Under the pieces are notes generated by a model. It was not told the origin of the DNA. It made no database searches and saw only the letters and a program-made list of their open reading frames with translations. 64,000 nucleotides of DNA from Minisyncoccota bacterium (lineage in GTDB: Bacteria > Patescibacteriota > Minisyncoccia > Phycocordibacterales > CAJQIN01): the NCBI GenBank assembly GCA_905478465.1, contig CAJQIN010000012.1, positions 32,890 through 96,889 on the forward strand, written 5' to 3'. Positions 44,470-54,644 of this stretch are shown here, piece after piece; the first letter of the stretch is position 1, and each line of letters starts with the position of its first letter. The translations under genes and the position numbers were made by a program.

Positions 44470-47412
44470 CAATCCCAATTATTGTTCTTGGAATTCAGGA
44501 TTCACAGTAATCTCAAAGGGTTCAGTCTCACAGGAGTCTGTAAGTCCTTCAGTATTAGTCACAGTTACCTTTGCATTCTTGGTTCCGGTGGTTAGGAACT
44601 TCAAGGTTTGTGTTTGGTCACTGAGGTTCTGTGGTGTATATAGATTTTCATCTATTATCTCCCATTCATATGATAATCCAGTGGTTTCTCCGGTGACTAC
44701 AACAGTGAGATCCATATCTTGATTCACGTAGTGAGGAGATGTGGGTTCTGCGGGTCCACAAGATCCAATATCGAAGTTACCTGTCTCTGGTGGATCTGTG
44801 GGATCAGGGTCGGTGTCAGTATCAGTATCTGATGGATCAAGATTTGAAACGGTAATGGTTTCAGAATCCATGATCTTTTGTCCATCAGGTCCGAAACAGA
44901 GATAATAGAAAGTGGTGTTTTCTGTGATTGGACTTGAGGTTTGTGAACCAGCTACGTTTGGTGTTATTTCTTTGTAGAAAAGCTGTAATGGTGTGTAATC
45001 TGAGGTACTCCAGTTATTGTTTGCAGGATCTGAGACAGCTCCACAACTACTTGCACCTGATGAATTCCAATCAAGATCTACGGTCTCTCCTGAAGAGACA
45101 AGGTTTCGATCAACAGATAGATCAATGATGGGTAATGGTTGGAGGACGGTGACGGTTTTTTCATCAGTTACAGTGGTTCCGTCTAATCCATCACATGTAA
45201 TGGTGTATGTGGTGGTACGTGTTGGTGATACTACTTTATTTCCACTTTTGATGTTGTCGGTCCAACCGTATGTGGGGGTGATTGGTATGAGTGTTAGGTC
45301 ACCGATAATAGGCATTCCTATTATCGATGGATATACCCCTGTTGTCATTACGGGTCCAACGAAATTATTATCTACCGGTACTGATACGGTTGGTATATCT
45401 GCTAATGTTGTACTCTTTAGAGTACCGGTACAACTTGAAACATTCTCTGATGACCACTCAAGGGTTGATGAGTTTCCTCGGTCTATGGTTTCGGGTGTGA
45501 TGGTGAGAGAGACGGTGGGTGCGGCGGGTTTGGTGACGGTGTATGAGTTGGAGAGGGTGCCGTAAAACAAATAAGGATCGTCTCTATAAAAAGCAATGCT
45601 TCCATCTCGATATTTAACATATCCTAAAAATGACCAGTCTGTCGCATCTGACAAGACATACCGACTTGTTTCTTCAAAAAAATTTGCTTGCATTTCATCA
45701 AAGTCAGGTACAATAATAGTCTTAATATTAGCTACAGCAGTTCCACCTCTTCCAACAGTAGCGTCATAATCTTCTGTAGTCACGATAGCGTCTTTACTGT
45801 ATCTAGAATAAGACCATTCACTAGGTTTAGATTTCATAAGCCTTAGAAGATCAGGAACATAAGCATAAATCCAACCCGAAGGATCAATAATATATACAGA
45901 AGAATTAGAGGAACTTCTTATCATGCTATCTATTTGTTCTTCTCTGCGCTCTTCAGTAAACAAAGTAGCGTAAGCAAATCCCTGATTTCCACAAGTGTGT
46001 AACCAAATACTAATAGTTTCGATAAGCTCCTCCCCAACCTCAAAACTATCCTTATTTAAAGAGGTTGTAATGTGCACATGATGTGACACACTCAAATACG
46101 TCGCCGCCTCCACCTCCTGCCCAAACATCCCACCAACCACAATAAGTCCCACAAAAAGCATCATCATCGGAGTTGTACTTGATCGCTTCTTCAAAAGATA
46201 ACCAAGACCCAACAGAATAACAATCAAAGCGATAATTGACAGAAGAATGGTTGTAATATTCCCTCCTGTATCTGTTTTTGGTGTCTGGACTTCTCGGGTT
46301 GCAAGAATACCTGAGTCATCAGCTACGGTAGTCATGATAGTTGGAGCAGTACAGTTTCGAGTGACCTCGAAAGTATACGTTCCGGTAACATCAACTTCTG
46401 GATCAACTGATACTGTCTGGGTATCAGCACAAGAGTTGTTGTTGGCATCAACTAGAGCAATGGTCAGGGTTGGATTTGAAAGAGGGGTTGAGGTAGCTAA
46501 TGATCCTGGATATGAATCAGCAGATCCTGACCAGAAGACTTCCACAGTAGCGGTGTCCCCCTTCTGGTATGAGGTTTGATCTGGGGTGACGTTTTGAATG
46601 GTGGCCGAGTTTCCTCTGATGACATAGTGAGGAGTAATTTCATTTGAGACAGTATTGTCATTTTGGAGGGTAATGATGGTGTCATATGCCTGTGGAGCCT
46701 GTGGCAGATGCATAGTGATGTCTAGGGTTTTGGTTTGATTTGACTCCAGAGTGTATGTGTCTGTACTAGTGTATGTCTCAATCACTGGACCTGAGATAGT
46801 ACGTTCGTGTGTAATGAAATGTGGTGAGAGTGTTTGTGGGTCTTTTGTACTGTTTGTGACCTCACATGAGAGGATTAGGGTGTCAGTGGCTTCAAGGTCG
46901 ATACCTTGGAAGATAGTATATGTCTCATTGTTGTATGTGAACAAACAAGAAGCGGTATCAATAGCAACATACTCTCCTGTTCCTTGGAGAGTGATTGTCT
47001 GTACTGGTACTTGAGAGAAACGAAGACCTGAACTGTTTTCAGATATCATCCAGATTTCGTGTTCTCCTTGGAGGTATGTGGGTGGTGTGTATGTAACTGT
47101 TTTGGTGACACGATCTCCTTCATTGAGAGCTACGATATCATCGAATACTTTGATGTCTGCTGTTTCTCCTGTTTCTGAGTTAATGAGAACAATACTGTAA
47201 CGGATATCTGATTGATAGTTGAACTTGTTGACGATGTCGAAGTCTAGAGTATATGTATTCTCAGTTCCATTGAAATATGTTATTTCTGCATTATATATAC
47301 TGACATCTGCTACCAAGGTGAGGTCTGATGTATCAACGGGTATTTCTTCTTGCGCGAAGAGTGGGGTGATGATGAGGAGTGAAAGAAGAGAGAGAAAGGT
47401 GAGTTTTTTCAT
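44470..47412. repeat. Direct repeat copy 2, 2,943 bp, identical to 19165..22107
   Basis: See copy 1. Confidence 0.9.
44479..47412 (-). CDS. Large secreted two-ectodomain surface protein, copy B. It is 100% identical to copy A.
   Basis: Identical 977-aa translation. It is divergent from the plus-strand exonuclease gene and lacks the copy-A promoter sequence. Confidence 0.7.
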   Translation of the reverse strand: MKKLTFLSLLSLLIITPLFAQEEIPVDTSDLTLVADVSIYNAEITYFNGTENTYTLDFDIVNKFNYQSDIRYSIVLINSETGETADIKVFDDIVALNEGDRVTKTVTYTPPTYLQGEHEIWMISENSSGLRFSQVPVQTITLQGTGEYVAIDTASCLFTYNNETYTIFQGIDLEATDTLILSCEVTNSTKDPQTLSPHFITHERTISGPVIETYTSTDTYTLESNQTKTLDITMHLPQAPQAYDTIITLQNDNTVSNEITPHYVIRGNSATIQNVTPDQTSYQKGDTATVEVFWSGSADSYPGSLATSTPLSNPTLTIALVDANNNSCADTQTVSVDPEVDVTGTYTFEVTRNCTAPTIMTTVADDSGILATREVQTPKTDTGGNITTILLSIIALIVILLGLGYLLKKRSSTTPMMMLFVGLIVVGGMFGQEVEAATYLSVSHHVHITTSLNKDSFEVGEELIETISIWLHTCGNQGFAYATLFTEERREEQIDSMIRSSSNSSVYIIDPSGWIYAYVPDLLRLMKSKPSEWSYSRYSKDAIVTTEDYDATVGRGGTAVANIKTIIVPDFDEMQANFFEETSRYVLSDATDWSFLGYVKYRDGSIAFYRDDPYLFYGTLSNSYTVTKPAAPTVSLTITPETIDRGNSSTLEWSSENVSSCTGTLKSTTLADIPTVSVPVDNNFVGPVMTTGVYPSIIGMPIIGDLTLIPITPTYGWTDNIKSGNKVVSPTRTTTYTITCDGLDGTTVTDEKTVTVLQPLPIIDLSVDRNLVSSGETVDLDWNSSGASSCGAVSDPANNNWSTSDYTPLQLFYKEITPNVAGSQTSSPITENTTFYYLCFGPDGQKIMDSETITVSNLDPSDTDTDTDPDPTDPPETGNFDIGSCGPAEPTSPHYVNQDMDLTVVVTGETTGLSYEWEIIDENLYTPQNLSDQTQTLKFLTTGTKNAKVTVTNTEGLTDSCETEPFEITVNPEFQEQ

Positions 47413-47526
47413 GGGTGAATGTTTAATGGTGATAATGTTGAAATTATACCACTAATAAGTTACAAACTAAAAAAATTCTGTATAATTTTATAAACTTGCA
47501 CTAGACAACATGCTACAATATTTATT

Positions 47527-48255
47527 ATGCAAAAAATAATTTTTCTTGATACAGAAACAACAGGTGCCGAGCTTGGTACGGATCGTTTAGTAGAAGTCTG
47601 CTACAAAATTCGTGGTGACGAAGAAATACACACAGAACAATTCAAACCACCCCTACCCATTTCGATCAAGTCAATGAGTATTACACATATTACCAACAAG
47701 ATGGTTTCTGAAAAAAAACCCTTTGAAGGAAGTGATATGCAGGAAACTCTTTCGAAACTTCTCAAAGATCACATACTTGTAGCGCACAATGCCCCTTTTG
47801 ATATTGCCATGCTTGAATCAGAAAATCTAAAAGTACCACAATCTATTGACACACTTCGTATTGCACGTGCATTAGATGAAGATGCTATTATTCCAGAGTA
47901 TAATCTTCAGTTTCTTCGATACTATCTTGATCTTGATATAGAAGGTGCCGGAGCACATGATGCAGAAAGTGATGTCCGCACACTCGAAGCGCTCTTTGAA
48001 AGACTTTTTCAAAAAATACAGTTGGATACCAAAAACGAACAAGAAACTCTTGAGAAAATGCTCGACATATCAAGTAAGCCATCTCTCATGAAAAAATTTA
48101 ATTTTGGCAAACATAAAGAAAAATTAGTAAAAGATGTCGCACAATCTGACCGAGGATACCTAGAATGGCTATACAAACAAAAAATAGAAAATGGCGAGGA
48201 AGGACAAGATGTAGACTGGATATACACACTCAAATACCACCTAAACATTTTGTAA
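47527..48255 (+). CDS. DnaQ-like 3'-5' exonuclease (DEDDh) with a C-terminal extension of about 70 aa
   Basis: Exo I motif IIFLDTETTG, Exo II motif LVAHNAPFDIAML and Exo III motif GAHDAESDV. Confidence 0.78.
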   Translation: MQKIIFLDTETTGAELGTDRLVEVCYKIRGDEEIHTEQFKPPLPISIKSMSITHITNKMVSEKKPFEGSDMQETLSKLLKDHILVAHNAPFDIAMLESENLKVPQSIDTLRIARALDEDAIIPEYNLQFLRYYLDLDIEGAGAHDAESDVRTLEALFERLFQKIQLDTKNEQETLEKMLDISSKPSLMKKFNFGKHKEKLVKDVAQSDRGYLEWLYKQKIENGEEGQDVDWIYTLKYHLNIL

Positions 48256-48292
48256 CAAAAAAACATCTCTTACGAGATGTTTTTTTGTTACA
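48251..48292. terminator. Perfect 19-bp inverted repeat (TGTAACAAAAAAACATCTC-TTAC-GAGATGTTTTTTTGTTACA) acting as a bidirectional terminator
   Basis: Read directly from the sequence. Confidence 0.7.
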
Positions 48293-48298
48293 AAACCA

Positions 48299-48808
48299 TT
48301 AAGCAAAAGAACTCAAAAGATAACCGATATAGTACGAGATTCCCGCAGCAGCTGCACCAATAAGTAATGTCTCAATTGCCTCCAACCAAATAGGGTTTCT
48401 TGAAATATAAGCTTTAGATGCGCCAACCAGAAAGAAAGCAATTCCCGTTGCGACAGATGCTATGAGGAAAGTTTTTTCAAAAAGATTTGGAAATATAAGA
48501 AGTCCAACATATGGCAACACCGGTACAGCACCTACAATAAGAAAAGAAATAAATGTTGCTGAAGCAGTCTTCAAAGGCTCCTTATTCTTCTCATTTACAT
48601 CAGACTTCACTGACAGATAATTTGAAGCAGCCATTGAAAAACCATCAGCAAAAAGATTAGCAAATCCTAAAATCAGGATAATGGAAGGAGACAGTCCTGC
48701 ACCAACTACTCCTGCCGTTACAGCAAACGTGGTTACAGCACCATCTATACCTCCATATACAAGTTCTGGTAAATATTTTCTAATTCGAATCATCATACGC
48801 AAGTGCAA
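48299..48808 (-). CDS. VIT1/CCC1-family membrane protein (putative Fe/Mn transporter)
   Basis: ELVYGGIDGAVTTFAVTAGVVGAGLS motif. Confidence 0.7.
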   Translation of the reverse strand: MHLRMMIRIRKYLPELVYGGIDGAVTTFAVTAGVVGAGLSPSIILILGFANLFADGFSMAASNYLSVKSDVNEKNKEPLKTASATFISFLIVGAVPVLPYVGLLIFPNLFEKTFLIASVATGIAFFLVGASKAYISRNPIWLEAIETLLIGAAAAGISYYIGYLLSSFA

Positions 48809-48850
48809 TAAATTTTTAATTAAGTTGATACAGTGTATCAGAAAAAACTT

Positions 48851-49894
48851 CTATAAAAAGGGCAATAAATCAAGTAGCACACGCACCATTGCCTTAGTCT
48901 CATTTGCATAGACTGAAATAATAATTGAAAATATTACAAGAGCCCCGTATAACATGTTTCTAGGACGTTGTACTTTATGATGAATAAGAATCATCATAAA
49001 AAATGCAATAGCAATGAGCAGTGAAATTGCATACAAAACATACTCTGCAATCTTAGTTGGATTCAAAAGTATCCACTCATACCAAGATGTATATTTTTCA
49101 TATCCAGGGGCTTGACCCTGAAGAACTTGAGCATCATTAATATTCTCTACATCCGAAATAGGATCCATATCTAGTACAGGCTCAACGACAACGACAGGAG
49201 GAACACTTTCTACTGAAATAAATTTCTGTTCGGCACTTTCTTTTTGCTCCAATAATTCCACAGACTGTTCCTGTATATCTGTAGCGACTGATTTAGACAC
49301 GGGCATAAATACAGATGTTGCAACAGGATCTGGCACTGGTGCAGGAGTTCCAAAAGTCTGCACAACAAAAACAGTCGCATGACCATCATACGTACCCTCT
49401 GCTGTTGCAATACCAACCTCAGTAAAATTAGAATTAAGAATATTTTCACGATGCCCCGGAGAATTCAACCATGCGGCATTAACATCTACAGAGTCTGCAA
49501 AATCAATAGCCAAATTCTCTCCTCCATATATAAATTTATATCCCGCCACCCCAAACCAATACCACGGAGTAACACCATCAGGACTATTGTGTGCAAAATA
49601 TCCATTTTCTGCCATGTGATCAGCCTTAAGTTGTGCTACACGCTCAAGATCAGGACTTGTAATAAGTGGATCTAGATTATTGTCAATTCTTGTTTCATTT
49701 GTAAGATCAACAAGAACAGCAGGATAAATAGCAGATAACAAACCACTTTTTTCTACTACCACAGAAACAATCGAAGCTCCGAGAAGAGTTCCAAATATAA
49801 TAAGAAGAAAAACAAAAGTTGATACACCACGAAAAATACCTGGCCTATAATCATTTTCTTCGCTCGGAACAAAGTATGTTTTTATCTTTTTCAT
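48851..49894 (-). CDS. CAP/SCP domain protein (YkwD-like), membrane-anchored
   Basis: GYFAHNSPDG ... GENLA ... WLNSPGHRENIL. Confidence 0.72.
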   Translation of the reverse strand: MKKIKTYFVPSEENDYRPGIFRGVSTFVFLLIIFGTLLGASIVSVVVEKSGLLSAIYPAVLVDLTNETRIDNNLDPLITSPDLERVAQLKADHMAENGYFAHNSPDGVTPWYWFGVAGYKFIYGGENLAIDFADSVDVNAAWLNSPGHRENILNSNFTEVGIATAEGTYDGHATVFVVQTFGTPAPVPDPVATSVFMPVSKSVATDIQEQSVELLEQKESAEQKFISVESVPPVVVVEPVLDMDPISDVENINDAQVLQGQAPGYEKYTSWYEWILLNPTKIAEYVLYAISLLIAIAFFMMILIHHKVQRPRNMLYGALVIFSIIISVYANETKAMVRVLLDLLPFL

Positions 49895-49933
49895 ATACTA
49901 TATTATACCATAATAATACAAGATTTGCAATAT

Positions 49934-50938
49934 TTACCAATTCTCAAATATAGCCTTGCCCTTTTCCCAAAATTCAGGATGTCCCTGTATCTTCATCCAA
50001 TACCACCATTCTGCCCCCCAAAGAAACTGTGTATCAAAACCAGTTTCTTTAGCAAAGTGTATTATTTCATCAAAATTTTCTAGACTCATACGATTTAACT
50101 GGGTTTCTATGGAAGTATTTACAATAGAATCCACAAGCCATGGCTCTGTTGAAAGTTCAATAATTAGAGTAGGTTGTTTTTTATAAAAGTAACCCATAAT
50201 ATTCTTTTTAAAAGAATAAAATGACGCTGGTAAACGAGACTTAAACATTCCAAGTTCTGGATTCCAAAAATATCTATACAAACTTGTACCAAAAACATCT
50301 CCAACCTGATATGCATTGTGCCATGTTCCTAAATTTCCACTATCAGTAACAAGAACAGGTGTGCCCGGATCAAGTTTGTGAACAAGAGCCACTTCCTCCT
50401 TCAAAAATTCTTCATCAAGTTCCCCGCAATGATCATAAGCAAACAGACTTAAAAAAGGTTCGTTTTCAATCTGCCAATATAAAATATTGTCATAGTCTTT
50501 ATACCTAGAAACAACAACCGTAATATATTTCAATAATGCATCATTACGTTCTTCAATTGTTTTATCTTCGACCCAGTACGGATCATGACATTCCGGCCAC
50601 CTAGGCAAACGCCGTCCTATAGCAAAAATAACCCTTGCATCACGACGTCTCGCTTCACTCATCTGGTAATCTAGCTCCGTAAAATTGAATAGGTTTTCTT
50701 CAGGTTCGGTATTAGGCCAATGCGCGGAGAAACGAAAATTTCGCACCTTCAGATCATCAAGAATAGCTAAAAATGTCTCTTCAAATGGCAAATTTAATTC
50801 ATCTGTACGAAACTTACTGAAAGACATTCCATAGGTGATATTTTTTGGAATTTCACGGAAAGACAGAATAAACCACAAACCTATCAGAATACATGCCGTC
50901 AATAATATTATTTTGAATATTTTTTTTACGTATTTCAT
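49934..50938 (-). CDS. Membrane-anchored glycoside hydrolase, clan GH-A-like. The family is uncertain.
   Basis: N-terminal transmembrane helix. A YWQIENEP motif, which I read as the acid/base motif. Confidence 0.5.
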   Translation of the reverse strand: MKYVKKIFKIILLTACILIGLWFILSFREIPKNITYGMSFSKFRTDELNLPFEETFLAILDDLKVRNFRFSAHWPNTEPEENLFNFTELDYQMSEARRRDARVIFAIGRRLPRWPECHDPYWVEDKTIEERNDALLKYITVVVSRYKDYDNILYWQIENEPFLSLFAYDHCGELDEEFLKEEVALVHKLDPGTPVLVTDSGNLGTWHNAYQVGDVFGTSLYRYFWNPELGMFKSRLPASFYSFKKNIMGYFYKKQPTLIIELSTEPWLVDSIVNTSIETQLNRMSLENFDEIIHFAKETGFDTQFLWGAEWWYWMKIQGHPEFWEKGKAIFENW

Positions 50939-51876
50939 AAAAACAAAAGGAATAAACCTACAACAATAAAACTCACTGAAATAACTTTGTGTAGTATCTC
51001 ACGCTTTCCAACATTTTCTCCTACTTCCCTAGGTGTTTTATGTCCAAATAATAATGCAAACAAAATCAGAAATACAAACTGTAATCCGCCAAGGGCATTC
51101 ACAATAGATATATCCCCTAAATCAATAGCCACAAGCCCTAAAATAGCAGCTACGCTAGCAATAAGCTTATTTCCAAGAATCCATGCTCCAGCTCGAACAT
51201 TTTCCCCTCTTGACTGCTTAAAAACCCTGAACCGAACACTTCTCAAAGAAAGAAGCGACAGTGCAGCAATCACTCCTGCCATTCGTGTCCAGAAAAAACC
51301 ATCACTGAAATTTTCTTGATTAAAAATAATCTTTAGTAACACAGAATGGACAGCAAATAATACTCCTGAAAAAATAGCCAATCGTACAGTTCTCATTGAA
51401 CATCTCAAATGAGATATAAGGAGCGTACCTACAACAAGTAAAACAAAGGCAATGAAAGTATAAGTAGTAAAACGAGCATCAAATACAAAATAACTTAATG
51501 AAAAAGTCGCAACTGCAGAAACAGCAGTTACTATAGGTATTACATCTGAAGCATCTGATTGACGCAAAGATTTAAATAGAAAGATAAGAGCCTGCAACGT
51601 TACAAAACCAAATATCAAGGAGATAATAACCAGGTGAAGAGAAGGTATGCTTAATTCTCTAAAAGATGGGAGGGCAATATTATATGAATTCAAAACTGGA
51701 TTAAGAGCATCTCCAATCAATAGTACAAAAATAGAAGTACTCGACAAAATATTTACATAAAAAGCATATACCACCGGATTTGGAAGACCAGGTTTTGAAA
51801 CAATATACTTATCAACAAGTACAACAATGGCATTCAGAAACTGCACCAGAACAACAATTAAAATCCATATTTCCAT
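50935..51876 (-). CDS. Polytopic membrane protein, probably a DMT/EamA-like transporter
   Basis: About 10 predicted transmembrane helices in two halves. A 4-bp ATGA overlap with the next gene. Confidence 0.45.
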   Translation of the reverse strand: MEIWILIVVLVQFLNAIVVLVDKYIVSKPGLPNPVVYAFYVNILSSTSIFVLLIGDALNPVLNSYNIALPSFRELSIPSLHLVIISLIFGFVTLQALIFLFKSLRQSDASDVIPIVTAVSAVATFSLSYFVFDARFTTYTFIAFVLLVVGTLLISHLRCSMRTVRLAIFSGVLFAVHSVLLKIIFNQENFSDGFFWTRMAGVIAALSLLSLRSVRFRVFKQSRGENVRAGAWILGNKLIASVAAILGLVAIDLGDISIVNALGGLQFVFLILFALLFGHKTPREVGENVGKREILHKVISVSFIVVGLFLLFL

Positions 51877-51879
51877 AGA

Positions 51880-53037
51880 TTATGTGTGCAAAGAATTAGA
51901 TTTACATATATCCCTATACGCAAGTGCAGATTTTCTAATAGTTCGTTTTTGATTTTCATAATCTATTTCGATAAGACCAAATCTTTTACCAAAACCATGT
52001 GCCCATTCATAATTATCAAGAAGAGACCAGTACAAAAATCCTCGAACAACAGCACCGCGTTCAATAGCAACATGCATCCAATACAACATATCCCTTATAT
52101 AATCTTCACGATAAAAATCTTTTTCATCAGCAATACCAGCTTCTGCAACAAAAAGTGGTTTATTATACTGCTTCAACTCACGAAGTGTATGATAAAGTCC
52201 TTCGGGATATAGATCCCACCCCATGTCACTTTTTTCATAAGTAGCAGTATCTCCAAATTTTTTATGAAAATAATAATTTAATCCAATAGAATCAACACTT
52301 TGTTTTATTTTATTTAAAAAACGACGATTCCACCACCAACCCATAAAAAGTGCGGCAATTTTATTGAAAGGATTCCAATTTGCATGCCAATAAAAATTAT
52401 CTTTCACAATACCTACCTCACAAGCAATATCAAGATTTTTAATCTTTTCGTATGCACGAATATGTGCCCTAACAAGATTATTAAAAACTTTATTATACAA
52501 ACGTAAACTTCTTTTAAACGGAGGCCAGAATTTTCTAATATATCCATTATTTGTGTACACCAATGGTTCATTAATAGTCACCCAATGTCGACAGTAATCA
52601 CCAAGATTCTTTACAACAAACTCACAATATCTAGCAAAAAACTCTGGAGATTTTTTATTTTCAAATCCCCCCTGATCAGCAAACCATTGTGGAAGAGTAA
52701 AGTGCCACAATGTCACAAAAGGCATCATTCCTCTATCATGTATAGATTCTAGTACTTTTTTGTAGTGCTCTATTTCAGCCATGTCAAACTTCCCTTCTTC
52801 TGGCTCAATGCGAGCCCATTCAATAGAAATCCTTGTGGCATTATGTCCAAGAGATTTAGCCATATCAAAATCTTCTTCATACCTATTATAATGATCACAA
52901 GCTTTTCCACAGACGGGGACTTTTCCGTCTCTAGAACCTTTTGCCCAATCACAATTTTCAATACCTCCTTCTACTTGATATGAAGCACTGGCTGCTCCCC
53001 AATAGAACCCTTCAGGAAATGTTCGCTTATCTTTCAT
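51880..53037 (-). CDS. Glycoside hydrolase family 1 (beta-glucosidase-like)
   Basis: FPEGFYWGAASASYQVEGG and TINEP motifs. I placed the start at MKDKRTF. Confidence 0.8.
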   Translation of the reverse strand: MKDKRTFPEGFYWGAASASYQVEGGIENCDWAKGSRDGKVPVCGKACDHYNRYEEDFDMAKSLGHNATRISIEWARIEPEEGKFDMAEIEHYKKVLESIHDRGMMPFVTLWHFTLPQWFADQGGFENKKSPEFFARYCEFVVKNLGDYCRHWVTINEPLVYTNNGYIRKFWPPFKRSLRLYNKVFNNLVRAHIRAYEKIKNLDIACEVGIVKDNFYWHANWNPFNKIAALFMGWWWNRRFLNKIKQSVDSIGLNYYFHKKFGDTATYEKSDMGWDLYPEGLYHTLRELKQYNKPLFVAEAGIADEKDFYREDYIRDMLYWMHVAIERGAVVRGFLYWSLLDNYEWAHGFGKRFGLIEIDYENQKRTIRKSALAYRDICKSNSLHT

Positions 53038-53093
53038 AAAGATATTATAACAGAACAAGAGTAGTACTCCCAAATTTTAAAGCATATTTTTAT

Positions 53094-53564
53094 TTACACA
53101 TGACATGTCGGGTCAATCCCCTTCTTTTCAAAATATCTTTGGTGATATTCTTCTGCAGGAAAAAACTCTACAGCCTCCACAATCTCGGTCACAATATTTT
53201 GCATATATTGCTCTTGTACTTTTTCTTTTGATTCTTCCGCAAGATTCTTTTGCACATCATCCAGATAAAAAATAGCTGAGCGATACTGCTCACCAATGTC
53301 AGGACCTTGTCTATTTAGAGTTGTTGGATTATGAGTTGTCCAAAAAATATCCAATAGTTCTTCATAAGACACTGATTCATCCTCATATTCCACGAGTACT
53401 GCCTCAGCATGACCACTTGATCCCTCACACACTTCTTCATAATGAGGTGAACTAGTACTACCTCCGGTGTATCCAACCGTCACATTATGCACTCCTTTTA
53501 TTTTTCGAAATACACTTTCCACTCCCCAAAAACAACCCTCAGCAAATATAGCTTTTTGTATCAT
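53094..53564 (-). CDS. msrA: Peptide methionine sulfoxide reductase A
   Basis: AIFAEGCFWGVE motif. Confidence 0.9.
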   Translation of the reverse strand: MIQKAIFAEGCFWGVESVFRKIKGVHNVTVGYTGGSTSSPHYEEVCEGSSGHAEAVLVEYEDESVSYEELLDIFWTTHNPTTLNRQGPDIGEQYRSAIFYLDDVQKNLAEESKEKVQEQYMQNIVTEIVEAVEFFPAEEYHQRYFEKKGIDPTCHV

Positions 53565-54609
53565 TTTCTTTTGAAATTAACTGACAAATATTTTTCATTA
53601 AATGTGGTCCTGTATATATCATACCGGTAACAAGTTGCAGAAGATTAGCACCTGCGTGAAGTTTTTCTAACGCATCCTGAGGAGACAGTATTCCACCACA
53701 GCCAATGATGGTAAAATTATTTCCACAATATTTTCTTGTCTTTTTAATCAAATCAGTTGATATCTCTCTACAAGGTAAACCACTCAGACCCCCTTGATAC
53801 GAACCTGGCACCTCCTTACGACAAGACAATTTGGTGTAATCTTTATTTAAATTTCCAATGATAACACCTGAAATACCGTACTCCATAACCACATCAAGAA
53901 GCTTCTGTATTTCAGACCAAGAAAGATTAATAGGCATTTTTATATACAGAGGTTTTTTTATACCCAAATTATTTACATGACCAAGTAGTTGTCTCAACAA
54001 TAAAGGTGTCGTGAAAGATTCTCCCCCAAAAGCATTTGGACATGAAATATTAATTGTGTAATAATCTCCAACCTCAGAATCATTAAGCTTTCTCAGGGAA
54101 TATATATAATCTTCTATAGCACCTTCTGTATCTACGCACTCTTTACAATTTGTTTTAGCAACAGACACACCAACAACAAACCCTTCTTCTTTTTTATTTT
54201 TAGAAAGCCTGCTCACGATAGAGTCGACCCCTTTATTTTTTAAACCCTTATTAACCAAAATACTTTGAGACTTTTTTAAACGCCTAAGTCGTGGCTTAGT
54301 ATTTCCTTCATATGCTCGTGCTGTCACAGAACCAACTTCTACCCCAGCAAAAGAAACCTTTGATAAAATCTTCGTAAGATATCCATCATAATCAAACCCT
54401 GCAGCTAGAACAACAGGATTTCTGTATTTAATACCGTCAACCACAACACTTATATCTTTTCCTCGATAACCGTACAAAAATGAGACAAGTATTTTACCCA
54501 ACCTAGATTCTCCACACACTCTTCCGAGTACAACAAACACATCATGCACCTTTTCTGGATCAAAAAGAAACAGTACCGGTTTAAATATGTAGCAATATAA
54601 AAAAGACAT
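53539..54609 (-). CDS. pyrD: Dihydroorotate dehydrogenase (quinone), class 2-like
   Basis: RNPVVLAAGFDYDG ... GFVVGVSVAKTNCKE ... GIIGNLNKD. Confidence 0.7.
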   Translation of the reverse strand: MSFLYCYIFKPVLFLFDPEKVHDVFVVLGRVCGESRLGKILVSFLYGYRGKDISVVVDGIKYRNPVVLAAGFDYDGYLTKILSKVSFAGVEVGSVTARAYEGNTKPRLRRLKKSQSILVNKGLKNKGVDSIVSRLSKNKKEEGFVVGVSVAKTNCKECVDTEGAIEDYIYSLRKLNDSEVGDYYTINISCPNAFGGESFTTPLLLRQLLGHVNNLGIKKPLYIKMPINLSWSEIQKLLDVVMEYGISGVIIGNLNKDYTKLSCRKEVPGSYQGGLSGLPCREISTDLIKKTRKYCGNNFTIIGCGGILSPQDALEKLHAGANLLQLVTGMIYTGPHLMKNICQLISKENDTKSYIC

Positions 54610-54644
54610 TAGAAAGAGTATAATATGATTATCAAAAGAAAGAT

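Noticed and set aside
19165-47412. Composite transposon, or a genomic island flanked by the 2.9-kb direct repeats
   Set aside because: No transposase, integrase, tRNA-att site or phage genes are present. The 25-kb interior is core housekeeping (ychF, zwf-gnd-pgl, ddl, uvrABC, tgt). The repeats are themselves a complete host-type gene.
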